Source: a virus (lineage: Duplodnaviria > Caudoviricetes). Taken from it: DNA of 64,000 nucleotides. Below are positions 55,905-64,000 of this stretch, piece after piece. Each line of letters opens with the position of its first letter. The first letter of the stretch is position 1. The translations under genes and the position numbers were made by a program. The notes beneath the pieces are model-generated. The model worked only from the letters and a program-made list of their open reading frames with translations. It had not been told where the DNA came from and ran no database searches. The stretch spans positions 24,851-88,850 of the IMG/VR virus record IMGVR_UViG_3300032320_002249. One strand, given 5' to 3'.

Positions 55905-56240
55905 TTTTTATACTAAATGAGTGTTGGAAAAATGTTTAAACTTAATAGTAAAATAAAAGTAAAAACTCCAAGTGGATTTAAAGATTTTTCTGGCATACAA
56001 AAAATTTATAAACCTTTCTATCATTGGATAATTTTTGAAGATGGATCTGAAATAAAATGCTCCGATAATCATTCTTTTGGAGAGGAAAAAATTAAAGCAT
56101 GTTCTCTTAAGGTGGGCGACTTTTTACAAGGAAAGCGAATAATATATAATGAAATAGTAGAAGAAGAAATATATCTATATGATTTACTTGATGTTGAAGA
56201 CGGAAATCTTTATTATTCTAATGAATTAATTTCTCACAAT
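55815..56240 (+). mobile_element. Atypically split mini-intein: 29-aa IntN (55815-55901) and 108-aa IntC (55917-56240)
   Basis: IntN CLSGDTLIEIQDESGFIQKVSIKSLYDRI*; IntC ...IKVKTPSGFKDFSGIQK...SDNHSF...LYDLLDVEDGNLYYSNELISHN|C; splicing restores EFECEFLGS. Confidence 0.9.
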
Positions 56241-57098
56241 TGTGAATTTTTAGGTTCTGTAGATACCTTAATAAATGCATCTAAACTTAGAACATTAGTA
56301 TATGATGATCCTTTAAAGAGAAATAAAGGATTAGACATATATGAAGATCCTGTAGAAGAAAACAATTATTTAATGACGGTAGACGTTGCCAGGGGTATTG
56401 GTAATGATTACTCCGCATTTGTTGTATTTGATATAACAAATTTCCCGTATAAAATAGTAGGGAAATATCATAATAATGAAATAAAACCTATGCTATTTCC
56501 AAGTATCATAGAGCAGGTTGCAAAAGCATATAATAATGCATGGATTCTTGCTGAGGTAAATGATATTGGAGAACAGGTAGCTAATATATTGCACTTTGAT
56601 TTGGAATACGACAACATTTTGATGTGCGCCATGCGCGGACGCGCAGGACAAATAGTCGGTACTGGATTCAGCGGTAAAAAGTCTCAATTGGGAGTTAGAA
56701 TGACCGCTGCAGTTAAAAAATTAGGCTGTTCTAATTTAAGACTCTTAATAGAAGATGATAAATTACTTTTAAAAGACTACGAAATTATATCTGAACTAAC
56801 TACCTTTATTCAAAAACATAATTCATTTGAAGCAGAAGAAGGTTGTAATGATGATCTAGTGATGTGTCTTGTTATATTTGCATGGCTTGTTGCTCAGGAT
56901 TATTTCAAAGAAATGACCGACAATGATATTCGAAAAAGAATATATGAAGAGCAGAAGAATCAAATTGATCAGGATATGTCCCCGTTTGGATTTATTATAA
57001 CTGGTTTAGAAGATCTAGAGCCAACTGTGGATCAAGATGGCGATATGTGGTTCACAGATGAATATGGTGATAGAAGTTATATGTGGGATTATTTGTAA
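55917..57098 (+). CDS. gp17: Terminase large subunit gp17, C-terminal gene (IntC plus nuclease domain)
   Basis: TVDVARGIGNDYSAF, EVNDIGEQVA, AEEGCNDDLVMCLV. Confidence 0.95.
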   Translation: MSVGKMFKLNSKIKVKTPSGFKDFSGIQKIYKPFYHWIIFEDGSEIKCSDNHSFGEEKIKACSLKVGDFLQGKRIIYNEIVEEEIYLYDLLDVEDGNLYYSNELISHNCEFLGSVDTLINASKLRTLVYDDPLKRNKGLDIYEDPVEENNYLMTVDVARGIGNDYSAFVVFDITNFPYKIVGKYHNNEIKPMLFPSIIEQVAKAYNNAWILAEVNDIGEQVANILHFDLEYDNILMCAMRGRAGQIVGTGFSGKKSQLGVRMTAAVKKLGCSNLRLLIEDDKLLLKDYEIISELTTFIQKHNSFEAEEGCNDDLVMCLVIFAWLVAQDYFKEMTDNDIRKRIYEEQKNQIDQDMSPFGFIITGLEDLEPTVDQDGDMWFTDEYGDRSYMWDYL

Positions 57099-57153
57099 TA
57101 AGTGGGATTTATAAATAGTTTTAGATAATTTTGGATTAGTAGGAGAGTAAAAG

Positions 57154-59340
57154 ATGCCATTAAATTTAGCATCTCCTGGCTATGTAATAAAGGAAGTTGA
57201 TTTAACTCTAGCTAGAGCAACTCCTTCTGCGAATAAAATTGGTGCATTAGTTTCTACCTTTGAAAAAGGTCCTGTAGGAACTCCTATATTTGTAGAGAAT
57301 GAAAATGATCTATTAAATAATTTTGGTAAGCCAAGTAGTGTAGACGATCAATATGAAAGCTGGTATGTAGCGTCATCCTACCTTTCATATGGTGGTGGTC
57401 TTCGTATTGTAAGAGCAGATGGAGATAATTTAAAGAATTCCTTTGTAGGTACTGCATCCAGCATTAAAATCAATAGTACAGAAGATTTTTATAACAAAGG
57501 ATACGATATTAATACTATAACTAACGTAACCTTAGCATCAAAAAACCCAGGATCCTGGGCAAACGGATTAGTAGTTGCTTTAATAGACGCAAAATCAGAT
57601 CAAATCATTACTGTCGGTTCTGGTGTAACTGCTTTGGTTGGCGCTGGCATCACTCAGGCAGTTAATACCCTTGTTGCTGGTGTTGGAACAACTAGTATGC
57701 TTTCTGGTTATTATAAGGGAATTATAACTGGAGTAACTACAGAAGGCACAAACAAAAATCTTGAAGTAAAGATTTTATCTTTCGTAAATTCTTCAGGTGA
57801 AGTTTCAGTAGACTATCAGCCAGGAGGAGTTTATAAGTTCAATAGTGGCACTATTTCAATCAACCCTTCATTGAATACCAATGCAGGAGTTGCAACTACA
57901 TCTGTTAGTGCGGCTATAGACTGGTTCGATGCTCAAAAAATTCAAATAACAACTGGAGTGACCACTACTACAATAAACTGGAACGAGTTAGTTCAAAGAC
58001 CTCAAACAACTTCATATGCTAATGCTAGAAGTTCTAGATTTGATGAAGTTCATGTAGTAGTCATTGATGGAACTGGTAATATTACCGGAAATGCTTTAAC
58101 AATTCTTGAGAAGCATACCAACCTTTCAAAGGCAAAAGATGCAACTTTCTCTTCTGGAAGTTCATCAAACTGGAGAAAATATCTTGCAGACAATTCTTCT
58201 TACATTTTTGGAGGAAGTGAGCCTGTTGGTGTAGTAACAACTGGATTCTCATCTTTGTACAACTTAACTAATACTGGAAGTTGGGATGTTGCTGCAAATG
58301 GCATAAGTTATGAATGCATCGGATCAAAAACTTATGCTCTAGGTGGTGGTAAAAACTATGATGGAAATGAAACCATAAATTCTGCTGGAAGTTTAAAGAC
58401 TACCCTATCTAATGTAGCAGAAGCATATGAGCAATTTGAAAATACTGAAAACTACACTGTTGATTTCCTTTTAATGGGATCCTCAGCATGGTCTTCTTCA
58501 AACCAAAAAGAAGTTGCCCAGGCACTTGCAAATAAACTTATTTCAATTGCTGAATTGAGAAAAGATTCCTTGGCATTCATTTCTCCATATAAAGAAGCAT
58601 TATTAACTGCAACCAATGATAATAAAGGTGTGACAGTTAAAAAGCCTAATGAAATTACTCAAAAACTCATTGAGTTCTATTCTCCTATCACATCATCCTC
58701 TTATGGTATATTTGATAGTGGATACAAATATACCTATGACAGATTTAGCGATAGTTTCAGATATGTTCCTCTAAATGGAGATCTTGCTGGATTATGCGCT
58801 AGAAATGATATTAACAACTTCCCATGGTATTCTCCTGCAGGTACATTGAGAGGTTCTATATTGAACGCAGTTAAGTTGGCATATAATCCAACCAAGGCTC
58901 AGAGAGATCAACTTTATTCTAACAGAATTAACCCAGTTATCTTCTCCCCAGGAGCAGGCATCATTCTATATGGTGACAAGACCGCACTTGGAAGAGCATC
59001 TGCATTTGATAGAATTAATGTTCGTAGATTGTTTATCTACCTTAAAACTGCTATCGCCGGAGCTGCAGAAGATGTATTGTTCCAATTTAACGATGAATTG
59101 ACAAGAACTAATTTTGTTAACTCAGTAGAACCTTTCCTTAGAGACGTTCAATCCAAACGTGGAATTTATGATTATATCGTAGTTTGTGACGAAAGTAATA
59201 ATACTGCATCTGTTATTGACAACAATGAATTTGTTGCAGACATTTACATTAAACCAGCAAAGTCTGTTAATTTCGTGGGTCTAACCTTTATTGCAACTAA
59301 GACTGGCGTGAACTTTGAAGAAATCATCGGAACATTCTAA
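57154..59340 (+). CDS. gp18: Tail sheath protein gp18
   Basis: LASPG..IKEVD, FDSGYKY.YDRF, PWYSPAG, FDRINVRRLF, IYIKPAKSVNF; late promoter TATAAATA at 57110-57117. Confidence 0.96.
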   Translation: MPLNLASPGYVIKEVDLTLARATPSANKIGALVSTFEKGPVGTPIFVENENDLLNNFGKPSSVDDQYESWYVASSYLSYGGGLRIVRADGDNLKNSFVGTASSIKINSTEDFYNKGYDINTITNVTLASKNPGSWANGLVVALIDAKSDQIITVGSGVTALVGAGITQAVNTLVAGVGTTSMLSGYYKGIITGVTTEGTNKNLEVKILSFVNSSGEVSVDYQPGGVYKFNSGTISINPSLNTNAGVATTSVSAAIDWFDAQKIQITTGVTTTTINWNELVQRPQTTSYANARSSRFDEVHVVVIDGTGNITGNALTILEKHTNLSKAKDATFSSGSSSNWRKYLADNSSYIFGGSEPVGVVTTGFSSLYNLTNTGSWDVAANGISYECIGSKTYALGGGKNYDGNETINSAGSLKTTLSNVAEAYEQFENTENYTVDFLLMGSSAWSSSNQKEVAQALANKLISIAELRKDSLAFISPYKEALLTATNDNKGVTVKKPNEITQKLIEFYSPITSSSYGIFDSGYKYTYDRFSDSFRYVPLNGDLAGLCARNDINNFPWYSPAGTLRGSILNAVKLAYNPTKAQRDQLYSNRINPVIFSPGAGIILYGDKTALGRASAFDRINVRRLFIYLKTAIAGAAEDVLFQFNDELTRTNFVNSVEPFLRDVQSKRGIYDYIVVCDESNNTASVIDNNEFVADIYIKPAKSVNFVGLTFIATKTGVNFEEIIGTF

Positions 59341-59357
59341 TATAGAGGTATTAAAAA

Positions 59358-59954
59358 ATGGCTACAAGAAACCAAATAAACCCAGTTGGGTTGAAAACCA
59401 TCAGTAATTTTAAAAATATTTTAACTGGTGGTGGTACAAGATCTAATTTATTCGAAGTGGTTCTTAGCTTTCCTTCCGCTATTGCTATTGAAGGAAAGGA
59501 TACCGTTGTAGAAAAATCTAGATTCTTAGTAAAAGCTGCGGCGATTCCTGCTTCTACAATTAGCTACATCGATGTTGGTTTTAGAGGAAGAAACTTAAAA
59601 GTTGCTAGCGATAGAACTTTTGAAAGTTGGACCATCACTGTTATCAATGATGTGGACTTCTCTATTCGTTCTGCTTTTGAAAAATGGCAGAATGCTTTGA
59701 GTAAAGTATCTGATGCAACTGGTTTAACAAACCCAGCAGATTATCAATCAGATGCATTTGTTCACCAGTTAGATCGTGATGGATCGATTTTGAGAACATA
59801 TCACATGTATGATGCGTTCCCTACTAATCTTGCTCCAATCCCTCTATCTTCTGATCAAGGTGCTATTGAAGAATTCAGTGTAGAATTACAATTCCTATGG
59901 TGGGAAGCAATTAAAGGTGATTCTTCATCTGCTGGAGGCGAGGATATAAACTAA
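59358..59954 (+). CDS. gp19: Tail tube protein gp19
   Basis: GGGTRSNLFEV, FRGR.LKVA.DRTFE.WT.TVIND, AFPTNLA.I.LS, IEEFSVE. Confidence 0.95.
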   Translation: MATRNQINPVGLKTISNFKNILTGGGTRSNLFEVVLSFPSAIAIEGKDTVVEKSRFLVKAAAIPASTISYIDVGFRGRNLKVASDRTFESWTITVINDVDFSIRSAFEKWQNALSKVSDATGLTNPADYQSDAFVHQLDRDGSILRTYHMYDAFPTNLAPIPLSSDQGAIEEFSVELQFLWWEAIKGDSSSAGGEDIN

Positions 59955-59982
59955 ATATATACTACAGAAGTAACATTATAAT

Positions 59983-61650
59983 ATGGCAAGATTTTTTGGA
60001 TTTCAGTTCAAAGAAGAAAATAAATCTAAATCATTAGTCTCCCCCGTTCCTCAGAATAATGAGGACGGGGCAGACTATTATGTACAAAGCAGTTTTTACA
60101 GTCAGACTGTAGATCTAGAAGGTGTCTATAGAACTGAAAATGATTTAATTAGAAGATACAGAGAAATGTCACTCCATCCAGAGTGCAGAGAAGCTGTTGA
60201 AGATATTGTAAATGAAGCTATTGTTAGCGATCTATATGATTCTCCAGTAGAGATTGAATTAAGCAATTTAAATGCTAGCAATAAGTTAAAACAAATTATA
60301 AGAGAAGAATTCAAAGGCATCAAAGAAATGATGGACTTTGATAAAAAGTGTCATGAAATTTTTAGAAATTGGTATGTTGATGGAAGAATTTACTATTTAA
60401 AAGTAATAGATCCAAAGCAATCATCCAAGGGAATTCAAGAACTTAGATTTGTTGATCCCATGAAAATTAAACAAATTAGACAAGAAAAAAAGAAAGGAAA
60501 TAATAAAATTTTATCAAATAAAAAAGACGAAGATTTTAATGGATATGGCTTCCCTGAAATAGAAGAATATTTTGTTTATACTCCAAATCCTCATTATAGT
60601 ACTCCGTTGTCTAGTGGGATTCCTGGGGGCTTTGGTCAAAATAAAAAACCTATTAAAATAACAAAAGACTCTGTTGCATATTGTACCTCTGGATTTTTTG
60701 ATATAAATCGAGGTACTACACTATCATATTTGCATACTGCAATTAAATCTCTCAATCAATTAAGAATGATTGAGGACTCCTTGGTAATTTATAGATTATC
60801 AAGAGCCCCAGAAAGAAGAATATTCTATATTGATGTTGGAAATTTACCAAAAGTCAAGGCAGAGCAATACCTAAAAGAGGTGATGAGTCGTTATAGAAAT
60901 AAATTAGTTTATGATGCATCTACTGGAGAAATAAGAGACGACAAGAAATATATGAGTATGATGGAAGATTTTTGGCTTCCTAGAAGAGAAGGTGGAAGAG
61001 GAACCGAAATTACCACTCTTCCAGGTGGTCAAAATCTTGGTGAATTAACCGACGTAAATTATTTCCAAAGCAAATTATATCGTTCTCTAGGTGTACCTCC
61101 TTCTAGAATTGCTGGAAATAGCGAGGGATTTAATTTGGGTAAGAGTGCAGAAATTCAAAGAGATGAATTAAAGTTCTCTAAATTTGTGGGTAGACTAAGA
61201 AAGAGATTTTCAACATTATTTAATGACATATTACGTTCACAGTTAATATTAAAAAATATAATTACTCCTGAAGATTGGAAAGAAATGGAAGATCATATTC
61301 AATATGATTTCCTTTATGATAACCATTTTGCAGAACTTAAAGAATCTGAGTTACTTCAAGAGAGAATTAATGTTGCAACAATAATAGAACCTTTTGTTGG
61401 AAAATATTATTCCGTTGAATACATTAGAAAGAAAATTCTTCGTCAGACCGATTCTGAAATCATCGAAATCGATGCTCAAATTGAAGATGAAATTAAGAAA
61501 GGAATTTTACCTGATCCTAATCAGGAAGTTGATGAAAATGGTAATCCTATTAACACCGAACCAGCTCCAACTGTTGATGAAAATGGTAATCCTATAGAAC
61601 AACCTATGGAACTTCCACCTCCACCAAAGCCTAAAGGTGGAGATATATAA
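59983..61650 (+). CDS. gp20: Portal protein gp20
   Basis: LIRRYREM..HPE, NQLRMIEDSLVIYRLSRAPERRIFYIDVGNLPK, EDFWLPRREGGRGTEI.TLPGGQNL. Confidence 0.97.
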   Translation: MARFFGFQFKEENKSKSLVSPVPQNNEDGADYYVQSSFYSQTVDLEGVYRTENDLIRRYREMSLHPECREAVEDIVNEAIVSDLYDSPVEIELSNLNASNKLKQIIREEFKGIKEMMDFDKKCHEIFRNWYVDGRIYYLKVIDPKQSSKGIQELRFVDPMKIKQIRQEKKKGNNKILSNKKDEDFNGYGFPEIEEYFVYTPNPHYSTPLSSGIPGGFGQNKKPIKITKDSVAYCTSGFFDINRGTTLSYLHTAIKSLNQLRMIEDSLVIYRLSRAPERRIFYIDVGNLPKVKAEQYLKEVMSRYRNKLVYDASTGEIRDDKKYMSMMEDFWLPRREGGRGTEITTLPGGQNLGELTDVNYFQSKLYRSLGVPPSRIAGNSEGFNLGKSAEIQRDELKFSKFVGRLRKRFSTLFNDILRSQLILKNIITPEDWKEMEDHIQYDFLYDNHFAELKESELLQERINVATIIEPFVGKYYSVEYIRKKILRQTDSEIIEIDAQIEDEIKKGILPDPNQEVDENGNPINTEPAPTVDENGNPIEQPMELPPPPKPKGGDI

Positions 61651-61677
61651 ATAAACATATAACATTATTAAATTTTT

Positions 61678-61914
61678 ATGGATAGTATTGTAGATTTAAT
61701 CGCAACTAATAGTTCACCTGCTTCTATTACAAAAGAAATCAAGAATGCATTGCACACAAAAGCAATCGAAAAGATTGAGGCAGTAAAACCTTATGTTGCT
61801 AATTCTTTATTTGGAGAAACAGATGAAGAAGACGAAACTGAAGATGATTCAAATGAATCAGAAGAGTCTGATGAAGATGATGAGCAAGATTCTAATGAGG
61901 ACGAGGAAGGCTGA
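61678..61914 (+). CDS. Small acidic prohead core protein (gp67-like position)
   Basis: Directly after the portal gene; acidic tail; TATAAATA at 61646-61653. Confidence 0.7.
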   Translation: MDSIVDLIATNSSPASITKEIKNALHTKAIEKIEAVKPYVANSLFGETDEEDETEDDSNESEESDEDDEQDSNEDEEG

Positions 61915-62438
61915 TGGCAGTTAAAATAGTACAAAATGTTGGTGTTGTCTCCGCTCTTACTGGCTATGCGACTACAAGTCGTCCAATTGCCCTAAAAAGC
62001 GGTTACCTAAGACTTTCTACTGAAAATAATGGAGTACATGTCGCTATCGGAACTAATCCCGTTGCAACACCAGATTCTTTTCATATTCCTCCATATTCAA
62101 ACGAAATTATTAAAGAAACTTTGAAGAAGCAAGCAATAGCTGGTATAACCACTGGTACTACCACTACTGTTGACTTTGGTAAAAGTAATGGAAATTATTT
62201 CGAGGTTGGAGATTTTGTTAGCATTGAAGGGTGTTCACCTGTTGGAATTAACACTTATGCATCTATAAGTTCAGTTTCGACAAATGCGGTGATTTTAAAT
62301 TATAATAGTTCATCTGTAACAAATGTTGTAGTGAATCCTGGAGCATGTCTTTCAAAAACAGTTAGAGTTTCTACTTTAGGTAATAGAAATAACACAGAAG
62401 TTAATATTTGTGAAGTTGTAATCTTAGTAACAGAGTAA
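61914..62438 (+). CDS. Conserved cyanophage head-cluster hypothetical protein
   Basis: Coupled ORF between the gp67-like gene and gp21. Confidence 0.75.
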   Translation: MAVKIVQNVGVVSALTGYATTSRPIALKSGYLRLSTENNGVHVAIGTNPVATPDSFHIPPYSNEIIKETLKKQAIAGITTGTTTTVDFGKSNGNYFEVGDFVSIEGCSPVGINTYASISSVSTNAVILNYNSSSVTNVVVNPGACLSKTVRVSTLGNRNNTEVNICEVVILVTE

Positions 62439-62451
62439 TAAATTAAGTAAA

Positions 62452-63108
62452 ATGAAACTAATTACAGAAGAAGCACAAAAAGTAAAATTTATTGTAGAAC
62501 AGGCATCCCCTGAAAAACCCAAAAAAATGTATATTGAGGGTATTTTCTTGCAGGGTGATATTTGCAATAGAAACGGAAGAATGTATCCTATCGAAACTTT
62601 GAAGAAAGAAGTAAATAGATACACCGAAAATTTTATAGCTAAAGGCAGAGCCCTTGGAGAGTTGGGACACCCAATGGGTCCAACCGTAAACCTAGATAGA
62701 GTTTCTCACAAAATTATTTGTCTAGAACAAAAAGGAAGAAACTTTTATGGAAAGGCTCAGTTGCTAGAAACCCCTATGGGTAAAATAGCAAAATCACTCA
62801 TCGATGAAGGAGTTACTCTGGGAGTATCTTCCCGTGGTGTTGGATCACTTAAGCAAACTTCAGGTGGTCATAAAATAGTGGGTGAAGACTTCATGCTAGC
62901 AACAGCTGCAGACATTGTAGCAGATCCATCTGCTCCTGATGCATTCGTGCAGGGAATAATGGAAGATAAAGAATGGGTTTATGATTCTATTAATAACCTA
63001 CGGATAGTAGAATCTATTAAAAGATCCATTGAAAATGATTCAAAAAATAAAGAATTAACCGAAGACCGAAAGCTATTTCACTTCGATCTCTTTATAAATT
63101 CACTCTGA
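62452..63108 (+). CDS. gp21: Prohead core protease gp21
   Basis: MKLITE, YIEGIFLQ, NRNGRMYP, RALGELGHP, GVSSRGVGS, ADIVADPSAPDAFV. Confidence 0.96.
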   Translation: MKLITEEAQKVKFIVEQASPEKPKKMYIEGIFLQGDICNRNGRMYPIETLKKEVNRYTENFIAKGRALGELGHPMGPTVNLDRVSHKIICLEQKGRNFYGKAQLLETPMGKIAKSLIDEGVTLGVSSRGVGSLKQTSGGHKIVGEDFMLATAADIVADPSAPDAFVQGIMEDKEWVYDSINNLRIVESIKRSIENDSKNKELTEDRKLFHFDLFINSL

Positions 63109-63164
63109 CAATCAGTGTAAATTTTGAATTTATAAATAATAGTAGATTATAATAAAGATCTAAA

Positions 63165-64000
63165 ATGTCCGTTGGAAAAAATTTACAAGAAATGGAAAAT
63201 GTAGTAACTAAAGGTGCAGCTCCTGCTGAACCAATGCCACAATTGAAAGGAAACCTTCCCCCAGGACAAAATGGTTACTGGGAAGATTTAGGAGGACCAA
63301 CACCAGAAAATTATCGTCCAGATGACGATTCTGCAAAAATCAAAGACCCTGCAGCTAATCTTTCACAAGTGAAAGATATAGTTACCAGAAATGCAGTGAA
63401 AGAAGAAGTAGAATCCGAAGATGAGGATACCAAGAAAGCTAAAAAGTCTAAGAAATCTCATGACAAGGATGAAGACGATGAAGACGATGAAGATGATGTG
63501 AAATGCGAAGAAGCTGGTGACGATGATGAGTATGATGACGATGACGAGTCTTTTGATGAAGATGAATCTGAAGATGAAGCTGTTGAGTATGAGGAAGAAT
63601 CATACAACATCGAAGATGATGTGAATGCTCTTCTTGAAGGAGAAGGTCTTTCTGAAGAATTCGAACAGAAGGCAAGAACCATTTTTGAGGCGGCAATTAG
63701 ATCAAAAGCTGTTGAAATCAAAGAACAGCTACAAGCGCACTATGAATCTGCACTTGTAGAAGAAGTAGAAAATATTAAAACCGAATTAACAGAAAGAGTA
63801 GATGCATACCTCGAATATGTTTCCGATGTATGGATCAAAGAAAATGCTCTTGCTGTAGAAAAAGGTATTAAATCAGAAATAACCGAATCATTCCTTTCAG
63901 GAATGAAGGACCTTTTTGAAAGTCATTATGTTTCAATCCCTGAAGATAAATATGATGTTCTTGAGAGTATGGTAGATAAACTTGATGAGATGGAAGCTGA
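63165..64000 (+). CDS. gp22: Prohead core scaffold protein gp22 (partial, runs off the window)
   Basis: Manual translation MSVGKNLQEM...EDLGGPTPENYRPDDDSAK...LSEEF..KA.TIFEAA...VDAYLEYV...W..EN.LA; TATAAATA at 63131-63138; absent from the ORF track because it has no stop codon in the window. Confidence 0.93.
   Translation, partial: MSVGKNLQEMENVVTKGAAPAEPMPQLKGNLPPGQNGYWEDLGGPTPENYRPDDDSAKIKDPAANLSQVKDIVTRNAVKEEVESEDEDTKKAKKSKKSHDKDEDDEDDEDDVKCEEAGDDDEYDDDDESFDEDESEDEAVEYEEESYNIEDDVNALLEGEGLSEEFEQKARTIFEAAIRSKAVEIKEQLQAHYESALVEEVENIKTELTERVDAYLEYVSDVWIKENALAVEKGIKSEITESFLSGMKDLFESHYVSIPEDKYDVLESMVDKLDEMEA

Noticed and set aside
55905-55931. Late promoter (ACTAAAT) for IntC, and the MSVGK start shared with gp22
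   Set aside because: The motif overlaps the ATG, so a transcript from it would miss the start codon. The 5-aa identity uses different codons and is probably coincidental.
61525-61600. Duplicated VDENGNPI in the portal tail, and acidic tracts in the gp67-like protein and gp22
   Set aside because: Ordinary low-complexity tails of T4-like head proteins.
30620-63721. Short minus-strand ORFs inside the structural genes
   Set aside because: Antisense shadows of long, conserved + strand ORFs.

Overview
This window is part of a T4-like (Kyanoviridae-like) cyanomyovirus genome, with essentially all real genes on the + strand. It has four parts. (1) 1-2572: a tandem array of at least 7 translationally coupled paralogous genes encoding 26-aa LRV/HEAT-like repeat proteins, with variable repeats and a constant C-terminal cap helix. 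Two of them carry an A-tract frameshift at the same N-terminal position. (2) 2597-4630: a basic protein with a T4-type capsid-targeting N-terminus, followed by an AT-rich array of CTTATAA repeats. (3) 4700-23850: an early/accessory region of about 50 small ORFs, a tRNA-Leu(UAA) and probable sRNAs. Nearly every unit is preceded by a modular sigma70-type promoter cassette carrying one of two palindromes (GTGNCAGTT-N4-AACTGNCAC or ATMAG-N5-CTKAT), both centred 46-47.5 bp upstream of the end of the -10 box. (4) 24071-64000: conserved cyanophage core and morphogenesis genes (AbrB-like, glycosyltransferase-like, speD, gp25, gp6, gp7, gp8, VrlC-like, gp13-gp22). The terminase large subunit gp17 is interrupted by a class-3 intein carrying a LAGLIDADG endonuclease, and is split into two genes by an atypically split (AceL/GOS-TerL-type) intein. 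Family names come from recalled motifs; no database search was run.
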